From the IMG/VR virus record IMGVR_UViG_3300045988_115074, positions 32,001 to 96,000 of that record: DNA of 64,000 bases; one strand, written 5' to 3'. How positions within the stretch are numbered: position 1 is the first letter of the stretch; each line of letters starts with the position of its first letter. Source of the DNA: a virus. The notes beneath the pieces were generated by a model. It was not told the DNA's origin. It searched no databases and saw nothing but the letters and a program-made list of their open reading frames with translations. Positions 53,937 through 61,128 of this stretch are shown here, piece after piece. Both the position numbers and the translations under genes were made by a program.

Positions 53937-55439
53937 ATGATTAAAGTAATTGCATTTGAAGGTAGCTCTAACGTAGGTAAAACTACCTTGATTAAAGCTT
54001 ATGCTAAAAAGCTACAAGCTGAAGGTAACTTGGTATTTATCCATAAACCTACAGGTGACGAATCTACCTATGGTAAAGAATACGACATCTTCTCATTTGA
54101 AGGTGTAGATAAAGAGTATATGAAACCATACCAAGCTCGTTATCAAAAAGAACGTGAGTTTACTATTGATAATATTAATTGTTTAGCAAACATTGATAGC
54201 TTAACAAGTAATAAAGAATTCTACAGGAATATTTATATCACCAATATTTGTCAAGGAAAACTCGGACAACTACACGTAGTACGTATGCTTTTGAACAATA
54301 TCGAAACCAGTAAAGATATTTATTTGTTGGTAGATCGCACTATTATCTCTACATTGGTTTATGGCTACTCCTATAAAGGTGATGCTAATCTTGAAGATTT
54401 GGTTGTGAATAGACAGTATAGCCAAGCTTATGCTGTTAAAAACATAGTGGATGTATTTGTTAATGTTACTCGTGAAAAACCATTTAATCTCCCAGAAGAG
54501 AAATTGAATGGGGAAGAGTTTGACAAGACATTTGATGAAGAGTCTATGTCTAAACATGAACAATATCAAAAACTTTATCAACATTTCTTCGATGTAAGTA
54601 TTGGTAATCACAAAGTCGTGACTATTGATGTAGCTAACGAAGAACCAGAAACACTGGCTTCTGAATTGCATGGTTTGGTTGGTAAAGTGGAAGTTAGCGG
54701 TATGACTTGGTATGAATTCATGCGTCTGGCTAATCGTACTAATGCTACTTATAATGCAGACATCAGTAAAGCACTTTTCCATGGCATTGTAGGTATCTTG
54801 GGTGAATCCAATGAGATTTACGACAATGTAACAATTAATGCAATTGAAAATGGTGAAACATTAACAGAAGAGCAAATCCAAAACATGTTGTCTGAAATGG
54901 GCGATACTCTTTGGTACTGCGGTATCGCTTTGTATGACCTTGATCGTTTTGCCGCGCTGTGTGATATTGATCGATTTGGTACAACTGGTTACGGTAATTC
55001 AAAAGGAAAAACTTTTGATGAATTAGTCGATGATACTGGATTTGCTAATTACATTAGCAATTACATCTTAACCGGTGATCTGAAATCTATAGCTAACGCG
55101 CCGTATCGTGAAAAGGTAAAACACACAGATGATTATATTCTTGATTTGTTCCGAAGAAATCTGAAAGATGCTGTGACTGTAATCGATGATTATAAGAAAC
55201 ACTATTTCTACGGCCAACCTTTAGATTCTAAGTTGGCTAAAAATATCCTATTCTTGGTTCAGACTACTGTTGTTTATTTGAGCCGTGCTTCAGTAAACTA
55301 TGGTATGGATTTAGAGTTAATTGCAGACAGCGTACTCAAAAAACTGAAAGCTCGTTATCCTGAAAAGTTCTCGGTAGAAGATAGCATCAACCGAGATTAT
55401 GCTAAGGAATCTCAAGCTTCTGGTTTATTAGGTAAATAA
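53937..55439 (+). CDS. fusion protein: thymidylate-kinase-like dNMP kinase (N) + MazG-like all-alpha NTP pyrophosphohydrolase (C)
   Basis: N: IAFEGSSNVGKTTL (P-loop, cf. Tmk FEGxDGxGKTT) and VDRTIISTLVYGYS (cf. DRYxxSxxAYQ). C: GILGESNEI and SEMGDTLWYCGIALYDL (cf. MazG GExGE...ELGDxLWY). Confidence 0.75.
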   Translation: MIKVIAFEGSSNVGKTTLIKAYAKKLQAEGNLVFIHKPTGDESTYGKEYDIFSFEGVDKEYMKPYQARYQKEREFTIDNINCLANIDSLTSNKEFYRNIYITNICQGKLGQLHVVRMLLNNIETSKDIYLLVDRTIISTLVYGYSYKGDANLEDLVVNRQYSQAYAVKNIVDVFVNVTREKPFNLPEEKLNGEEFDKTFDEESMSKHEQYQKLYQHFFDVSIGNHKVVTIDVANEEPETLASELHGLVGKVEVSGMTWYEFMRLANRTNATYNADISKALFHGIVGILGESNEIYDNVTINAIENGETLTEEQIQNMLSEMGDTLWYCGIALYDLDRFAALCDIDRFGTTGYGNSKGKTFDELVDDTGFANYISNYILTGDLKSIANAPYREKVKHTDDYILDLFRRNLKDAVTVIDDYKKHYFYGQPLDSKLAKNILFLVQTTVVYLSRASVNYGMDLELIADSVLKKLKARYPEKFSVEDSINRDYAKESQASGLLGK

Positions 55440-55443
55440 GTAT

Positions 55444-55479
55444 TGGACTACTACGGGGATAAAACCTCGTAGTAGTCTA
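55444..55479 (+). terminator. intrinsic terminator
   Basis: Stem GACTACTACGGGG/CCTCGTAGTAGTC with one G-T pair, loop ATAAAA (same loop as 4264-4293); T-rich downstream. Confidence 0.75.
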
Positions 55480-55549
55480 TTATTTTTTGTCTTTTTATCG
55501 GGCAATTCTATGAGAATTTATATTTACACCCCTAATAGGAGTATCCTAA

Positions 55550-56203
55550 ATGAATTTAAGAATGTTGATTGAAGAACTCTCTTCAATGCCCAAAGATAAA
55601 TTACTGTACGATTCCATTAACCAACCTACTTGGCATATGTCACAAACAGGTGAAGTAGTATTAGCAGGTTCACCTTGTCCTATCCAGACAGTAGAACAGC
55701 TTTTACATAAACTAAAACTTATCCAAAAAAGAGATTTACCTTCTCAAGACTTTAGCTTTAAACGTGCTGTACATGAAGACATTGAGATTTATACTATTTC
55801 TGCAAAACCAGTAAATGGCGTCAATAAACTAAGAACTGAACTCATTACTTCTTCTACTGTTAAACTTTGGCAAATGTTCTCTACTGACCATATGTTAGTA
55901 GATGTAGCAGTAGGTGGCCCATCTTATCTTATGTCTTCTGATAAAGTAAAGATTTTAGTCAATAAACCTTATTATCAAATTCTAGGTTTAAATGGTAAAC
56001 GTACTTATTTAGAAGAATTGCTAAGTGTACATTCTTTCTCTTGGCAAGATGAAAAAGGACAAATTCAGTTCTTTAATAAAGCATACTGGGATAATTCATC
56101 TCATGATTGTCATTGTGATGATGCACCAGTTCTTGACATTAACAATAACGCAGGTGGTTTCAATACCATCCATCCATCGAAAGGAAAACACACATGCCAG
56201 TAA
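55550..56203 (+). CDS. hypothetical protein, 217 aa
   Basis: RBS TAGGAGTATCCTAAATG. Confidence 0.65.
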   Translation: MNLRMLIEELSSMPKDKLLYDSINQPTWHMSQTGEVVLAGSPCPIQTVEQLLHKLKLIQKRDLPSQDFSFKRAVHEDIEIYTISAKPVNGVNKLRTELITSSTVKLWQMFSTDHMLVDVAVGGPSYLMSSDKVKILVNKPYYQILGLNGKRTYLEELLSVHSFSWQDEKGQIQFFNKAYWDNSSHDCHCDDAPVLDINNNAGGFNTIHPSKGKHTCQ

Positions 56204-56877
56204 AATCTACATTTAATAAAAAACCATTGATTACATTAGGTGTTATCGCTTTACTATTCATTGGTATTATCGTTATCAATGTAAGCTGTTCAGCAAAAAT
56301 GGATAAGCCACAAACCCAAACCACACAAACAGTAGAACAAAATAAACCTACTGAAACTAAACAAGAGGCTAAACCAGAAGTGAAGCAAGAGGCTAAACAA
56401 GAAACAGGTAATACTGTTGTAGAAGAAGAAGCTACTACACCAGATACACCAGATAATACTAGCAATGTAGACGATGTGATTAAACCTTATCAATTACCTG
56501 TCTTAGATATTAAAACCAAGTTAGGTTTAACTCGTGATGATAAGGACAATAAGATTGTTTCTTATTTTAACACTGCTACTAAGAATGGTAAGTTCAAACG
56601 TGTGATGTATTATATCTGTTCTCCTAAGGATACAGTATTGCCTACTAAAGGTCGTTACTTTATGTTTGACTTAGGTGCTACAGAGACTTCACGTCCTATT
56701 GCTATTAGTTCTATTAACGTAGGTGATAACTCTTACTTAGTAACAGATAAATCTAAAGTGAAAGAAATTCTGAAAGACTTAAACACTCACAATGAATTTC
56801 ATTTGATTTTAGAAAACTCTCAACGAATTAATATGTTTGTTGAACCACGTAAAACTAATACTTTACCTTGCATGTAA
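56194..56877 (+). CDS. membrane-anchored protein, 227 aa, T/Q/K/E-rich linker
   Basis: N-terminal anchor LITLGVIALLFIGIIVINVSC; tandem KQEAKPEV/KQEAKQET; 10-nt overlap with the previous gene; terminator 56882-56918. Confidence 0.65.
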   Translation: MPVKSTFNKKPLITLGVIALLFIGIIVINVSCSAKMDKPQTQTTQTVEQNKPTETKQEAKPEVKQEAKQETGNTVVEEEATTPDTPDNTSNVDDVIKPYQLPVLDIKTKLGLTRDDKDNKIVSYFNTATKNGKFKRVMYYICSPKDTVLPTKGRYFMFDLGATETSRPIAISSINVGDNSYLVTDKSKVKEILKDLNTHNEFHLILENSQRINMFVEPRKTNTLPCM

Positions 56878-56881
56878 CTAT

Positions 56882-56918
56882 TTACTCTACTGACCTCGTA
56901 TAGGGGCCAGTAGAGTAA
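56882..56918 (+). terminator. hairpin terminator
   Basis: Outer stem TTACTCTACTG/CAGTAGAGTAA plus inner CCTC/GGGG. Confidence 0.6.
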
Positions 56919-56937
56919 TAAGCTATTTTAATTTAAA

Positions 56938-56955
56938 TGTATACTATTTAAATGG
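56938..56955 (+). promoter_or_regulatory. phage promoter motif copy
   Basis: TGTATACTATTTAAATGG, then 10-bp hairpin ATAGAGAAAG/CTTTCTCTAT (56958-56986). Confidence 0.55.
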
Positions 56956-57016
56956 TAATAGAGAAAGTGTTTAACTCTTTCTCTATTTAAGTTTATTAAT
57001 AAATAATAAAAGCGAC

Positions 57017-57052
57017 TACTCTATACTCCTGTTACAGCAGGAGTATAGAGTA
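57017..57052 (+). other. 15-bp perfect hairpin without T tract, 4 nt upstream of the possible ATG at 57057
   Basis: TACTCTATACTCCTG ttacag CAGGAGTATAGAGTA. Confidence 0.6.
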
Positions 57053-57080
57053 AAACATGTCGCGGAAAGGAGGTGAAAAA

Positions 57081-57221
57081 ATGGATATGTATTTAGTGCA
57101 AATCCTTCAGAACAAAGTTCTGTGCGGTATAGAACTTTCAGATAGCGAAAAACGCTATCTGGAAAAATACGAACAGTCGAAAAACGACGTGTTCGCTAAT
57201 TGGTTAGCAAATAATTACTAA
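57081..57221 (+). CDS. 46-codon micro-ORF (may instead be structured RNA)
   Basis: Strong RBS GGAAAGGAGGTGAAAAAATG; MDMYLVQILQNKVLCGIELSDSEKRYLEKYEQSKNDVFANWLANNY; an in-frame ATG at 57057 is also possible; terminator 57229-57267. Confidence 0.35.
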   Translation: MDMYLVQILQNKVLCGIELSDSEKRYLEKYEQSKNDVFANWLANNY

Positions 57222-57228
57222 CCTCACC

Positions 57229-57267
57229 AAAGAAAAGTAATATTAGCAGTATTACTTTTCTTTTTTT
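57229..57267 (+). terminator. intrinsic terminator after the micro-ORF
   Basis: 14-bp stem AAAGAAAAGTAATA/TATTACTTTTCTTT, loop TTAGCAG, then TTTT. Confidence 0.75.
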
Positions 57268-57313
57268 CCTTTCATAGTAAAGAAGTTAAAGAATTAATTA
57301 ATATTAATTCAAA

Positions 57314-57331
57314 TCTATATTATTATATTGA
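57314..57331 (+). promoter_or_regulatory. phage promoter motif copy
   Basis: TCTATATTATTATATTGA, then ACGATT/AATCGT hairpin; upstream of gene 57385. Confidence 0.55.
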
Positions 57332-57384
57332 AAACGATTGATATAATCGTCTTATTGTCTCACTTTATATAAAGGAATCTTACT

Positions 57385-57867
57385 ATGTTTAAATATATCA
57401 AAAACCAACTCATCAATCTGGTTAACAAAAACAATCAACCAAAAGAATTTGGTGAGTATTTTAATAATGCTTACCATACGCCTAAAGACATCTATAAGGA
57501 TATTATTAAGAATATCCAATACTGGTTAAACGAGGAAGAACCTCGTTGTAAACAAGTCAAATTCAAAGTAGCTGAACCAGTGTATGGTACAGATGGTTGT
57601 ATTCTTAAAGTAGATATTAAAGTCTATATTAAGGATGCTCACACTGGTACTATTGAATTTGAATTGCATGACAATGCAGGATTCAGTAATCACGAACATT
57701 ATTCTATCTTGAAGTTTGCTCAAGATGAATACGTTATTTCTACTTATAACGAATGTTATAAAGCAGAAGATATCTTAGATAAGATGGAAGATGCTTGCCA
57801 TCGTATTTCTAAGAAGGTATCTAACCACATTGATGTGGTAGATGATTTGTATAAAACCATTAAGTAA
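57385..57867 (+). CDS. hypothetical early protein, 160 aa
   Basis: Promoter motif 57314-57331; RBS TAAAGGAATCTTACTATG. Confidence 0.65.
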   Translation: MFKYIKNQLINLVNKNNQPKEFGEYFNNAYHTPKDIYKDIIKNIQYWLNEEEPRCKQVKFKVAEPVYGTDGCILKVDIKVYIKDAHTGTIEFELHDNAGFSNHEHYSILKFAQDEYVISTYNECYKAEDILDKMEDACHRISKKVSNHIDVVDDLYKTIK

Positions 57868-57879
57868 AAGGAGTATCAA

Positions 57880-58542
57880 ATGAAGAAGTTTATTGGAGCA
57901 CTGGTAGCAGTAGGCTTAGCAGCTACAGCTTATTCAGCTGAAGCAAAACCACATAAAGCAAAGAAGCCTAAGCGTACATCACACAAAGTGGTTAAACTTC
58001 ACAAGAAACACAAAGTGAAGAAACACCCACGGATTAAGAAACATGTGCGGCATCACGTGATAGCGAAGCATCACGCTGTGAAACAACATGTGGTAAAACA
58101 CCATTTTAAAAAGCATGTAAAGAATACTCACCAAAAGGTAGTACATGAAAAAGAGAATGTATCGCCTAATAGTGAAGTTGATATGTTGGCTTTGGCAATC
58201 CACAATGAAGCACGTGGTGAGCCTCGTAGTGGTAAATACGCAGTAGCTAATGTGATTCTCAATCGAGTAAAACACAAAAGCTTTCCTAACACTGTTCGTA
58301 AGGTCGTAACACAACGCGGACAATTCCAATGGTACCATAACCATAAGCTGCGCTCACGTACAGCACCTACTGAAGAAGCTCGTGCTATTGCGCGTGATAT
58401 CTACCAGAAACATGTATCAGGCCGTCGTGTCGATAATACTGGTGGTAGTATCTTCTTCAGCTCAAATGGTGTACGTCCTGCACCACGTGCTGTAAAAAGT
58501 GTACGTGTAGGACACCATCAATTCTATCGTATTAAAACTTAA
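57880..58542 (+). CDS. secreted SleB/CwlJ-family (Hydrolase_2) cell-wall hydrolase with Lys/His-rich linker
   Basis: Signal peptide MKKFIGALVAVGLAATAYSAEA; catalytic-domain signature LALAIHNEARGEPRSGKYAVANVILNRVKHKSFPNTVRKVVTQRGQFQW. Confidence 0.8.
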   Translation: MKKFIGALVAVGLAATAYSAEAKPHKAKKPKRTSHKVVKLHKKHKVKKHPRIKKHVRHHVIAKHHAVKQHVVKHHFKKHVKNTHQKVVHEKENVSPNSEVDMLALAIHNEARGEPRSGKYAVANVILNRVKHKSFPNTVRKVVTQRGQFQWYHNHKLRSRTAPTEEARAIARDIYQKHVSGRRVDNTGGSIFFSSNGVRPAPRAVKSVRVGHHQFYRIKT

Positions 58543-58555
58543 AAAGGAATCCAAT

Positions 58556-58840
58556 ATGGAAAAAGCAAAAATTGAAATCATCCGGAAAGACTTACCTACC
58601 TATATCTTAACCATCACTGGATTTGATTTGGATGAATATGTTTATACACTATCCAATTCAGAAGAATTTCCACACAGTGTAAAGTCCTATCCACACACTA
58701 ATACATTGACTATCAAACCACGCTATAGTAAAGAATCCATTACGGTAACATATGGTGATACCATAGTGTGGAATAATGTATCTATAGGTGTTATCTCTGT
58801 TTCTGAACTAATTAAGATAATGAGTGTAAAAGATGAATGA
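58556..58840 (+). CDS. hypothetical protein, 94 aa
   Basis: RBS AAAAGGAATCCAATATG. Confidence 0.6.
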   Translation: MEKAKIEIIRKDLPTYILTITGFDLDEYVYTLSNSEEFPHSVKSYPHTNTLTIKPRYSKESITVTYGDTIVWNNVSIGVISVSELIKIMSVKDE

Positions 58841-59159
58841 AAATGAATTGATTACTTTCAAAAGTAAAGTCGAAGAATTCTTTATTAATTGTCAAGAAGA
58901 ATTCTCTGTGCGTTTACAAATCGAATCTGAAGTAAAAACATTTATTCGTAAGAAGATGTTGATTTACAAAGAACCATTCAAACAACGTCTGCGTGATTTT
59001 ATTGAAGAAAACAATGACTTGATTGCTCAATTAAAACATGCAAATCTTATCTTGACTAAATCACGTCAAGTAGACTTCTGTACCAATAGTTCAATGGAAG
59101 TATCGTTTATGTTAAATGGTAAACGCTATTTCTATTCTATTGAATACATCGTAGCTTAA
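58833..59159 (+). CDS. hypothetical protein, 108 aa
   Basis: 8-nt overlap (ATGAATGA) with the previous gene. Confidence 0.6.
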   Translation: MNENELITFKSKVEEFFINCQEEFSVRLQIESEVKTFIRKKMLIYKEPFKQRLRDFIEENNDLIAQLKHANLILTKSRQVDFCTNSSMEVSFMLNGKRYFYSIEYIVA

Positions 59160-59171
59160 AAGGAAACTGTT

Positions 59172-59648
59172 ATGGTAATCCCTAAGAGTAAAAAGAAACA
59201 ACGTCAATTCTTTATTGAATTAAATTACTTAGAGAAAGTCAATATCAAAGAAGCAGATCGTTTAATTGCTTCTGGTTACATCGGTAGTGTAATTCGTGGA
59301 ATTGATGGATTGATTCGACAACACGGAACACGAGGTATTAAGATATTGGCTAAACGAGCACCTAGCATCAAAAATGATGATATTTTGTCTAAGTGGTTTA
59401 ACAAACACCGTGAGTGGGTGTGGGTTAATAAGCACCAATATAAAACACGCCCTCTTATAGAACTTAATCCTAACCCTAATAACTTTGCAGTAGAAGATTT
59501 TCATGATAGTCTAGAAAACGAAGGATGTTCCATTGGTTATGGTAATCCATCGAAACAAGACTTTGAATTAGAAGACGAAGAGTGGGATGCCACTTACCAA
59601 GCAGCATACGGAACAAAGGTTATTGAGTTCCAAGAAGACCATAGTTAA
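59172..59648 (+). CDS. hypothetical basic protein, 158 aa (paralog of 59677)
   Basis: RBS AAAAGGAAACTGTTATG; the N-terminal ~55 aa align with the next gene. Confidence 0.6.
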   Translation: MVIPKSKKKQRQFFIELNYLEKVNIKEADRLIASGYIGSVIRGIDGLIRQHGTRGIKILAKRAPSIKNDDILSKWFNKHREWVWVNKHQYKTRPLIELNPNPNNFAVEDFHDSLENEGCSIGYGNPSKQDFELEDEEWDATYQAAYGTKVIEFQEDHS

Positions 59649-59676
59649 ATCTTAACTTTTATAAAGGAAACTAAAA

Positions 59677-59994
59677 ATGACAATTCTTAAAAATAAAAAT
59701 AAACGTCGTAAGATGTTTATTGAAATAAGGCATTTAGAAAAGAAAACTGACGAATTAGCTAAATATTTAATCACCACTGGTAATGTTGCCGGTGTAATGC
59801 GTGGTATTGAAATATTGATGCGAAGTCCTAACGTCACCGGTGAAAGAAAGGGATTTACTGATATCACTGAATTTGGTACTAAAATAACAACGCCTCCCGA
59901 TACTACTAGTAAAGAGAGAATATCTGCCTATATCTCTACAGTAGAATATTCCCACAATATCCCCCTTGGTAAACCCTCCCCAACTAAATCTTAA
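59677..59994 (+). CDS. hypothetical basic protein, 105 aa (paralog of 59172)
   Basis: RBS TAAAGGAAACTAAAAATG; shares K.K.RR..FIE...LEK...A..LI..G....V.RGI..L.R. Confidence 0.55.
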   Translation: MTILKNKNKRRKMFIEIRHLEKKTDELAKYLITTGNVAGVMRGIEILMRSPNVTGERKGFTDITEFGTKITTPPDTTSKERISAYISTVEYSHNIPLGKPSPTKS

Positions 59995-60005
59995 AATATT
60001 TTAAA

Positions 60006-60023
60006 CCTATACTACTACAGTGA
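60006..60023 (+). promoter_or_regulatory. phage promoter motif copy
   Basis: CCTATACTACTACAGTGA, then hairpin AGTGAAAAGGA/TCCTTTCACT; upstream of lipoprotein gene. Confidence 0.6.
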
Positions 60024-60081
60024 AAAGGATGATGATTCCTTTCACTATTCTTATTAACTCTTTATATAAAGGAAATTCAAA

Positions 60082-61044
60082 ATGAATAAACTGATTCTTT
60101 CTATCGCGGTATTGGCTGCACTGACTGCTTGTTCTAAAGAAGAAGCAAAGAAATCAAATGATGAAGTCATCAAAGAGACCATATCTTCTGACGACTTTAA
60201 AAATCTGGATAAAGACGCGCAAGCTATTGTATTGCGCGCCTTATCTGACAAAGAAGGTACTGGTGCAACTGAAGTAGCCAACAACGATACTTCAGGTAAT
60301 GTAGATGACACAGAACTCACACCTGAAGAACAAGCCATGGATGATGGTAGTGGTATTACTACTGAAGATAACGGTTCCACCATTCACTTTGGTAATGGTT
60401 GGACCTTGTTTAAAGAAGGTACTACTAACTTTGAAATTCGTAAGGTGGTTGAAGCAGCAGGCCCAGTCTATCGCTACGAAGGTGATATCGATGGTAACCA
60501 TGTTACCATGGCATTTACTTGTTCTCGCCCTAATGTCTCTTCAGTTGTGTTCATTACAATGGCTAATGGTGGTGAGTTCTCTGGTAATGGTTATGAGATA
60601 TTCCCAGGTCCAAATGGTCGACGTCGTTACTTAACTATTGGTCCTAATGGTGGGATTAACAAGGATAAGGATAAACCTAATGGTGCTCTGGATATTGCTG
60701 CTACAGCAGACCTTGAGAAGAATACCATCGGTATTAAATTCCGCGATGGTTTTGACTCATCCTCCTCACCTTCAATTTTACGAAACCCTAGAAGGTTCGC
60801 CCATTCAACTGACATGTCAAATAGCAACTTCATCTCCGCTTGGTACAATGGTCTGTATGATAATATGTACTTAGGTCGTATTGGTGAAGCTGAGATAATG
60901 GCAGAATATACTGTTCCTACTCCTGAAGTACCTGAAATCAATGGTAAAGTCAATCAGACTAAACCTATCTTGGTTTCCAGTATTCCTAAGTTGACTGTAG
61001 GTGATGGTAAGATTTTCAACAAACATCCTTGTAACTTCTTCTAA
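60082..61044 (+). CDS. early lipoprotein, 320 aa
   Basis: Promoter motif 60006-60023; signal plus lipobox MNKLILSIAVLAALTAC; terminator 61050-61089. Confidence 0.75.
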   Translation: MNKLILSIAVLAALTACSKEEAKKSNDEVIKETISSDDFKNLDKDAQAIVLRALSDKEGTGATEVANNDTSGNVDDTELTPEEQAMDDGSGITTEDNGSTIHFGNGWTLFKEGTTNFEIRKVVEAAGPVYRYEGDIDGNHVTMAFTCSRPNVSSVVFITMANGGEFSGNGYEIFPGPNGRRRYLTIGPNGGINKDKDKPNGALDIAATADLEKNTIGIKFRDGFDSSSSPSILRNPRRFAHSTDMSNSNFISAWYNGLYDNMYLGRIGEAEIMAEYTVPTPEVPEINGKVNQTKPILVSSIPKLTVGDGKIFNKHPCNFF

Positions 61045-61049
61045 AATAA

Positions 61050-61089
61050 AATACTACTCTATCCGTGAATATATGGATAGAGTAGTATT
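61050..61089 (+). terminator. hairpin terminator
   Basis: 15-bp stem AATACTACTCTATCC/GGATAGAGTAGTATT, 10-nt loop. Confidence 0.7.
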
Positions 61090-61128
61090 TTCTAAATCTT
61101 CATTTCTTTTTTACTTAAAGGAATCTAT

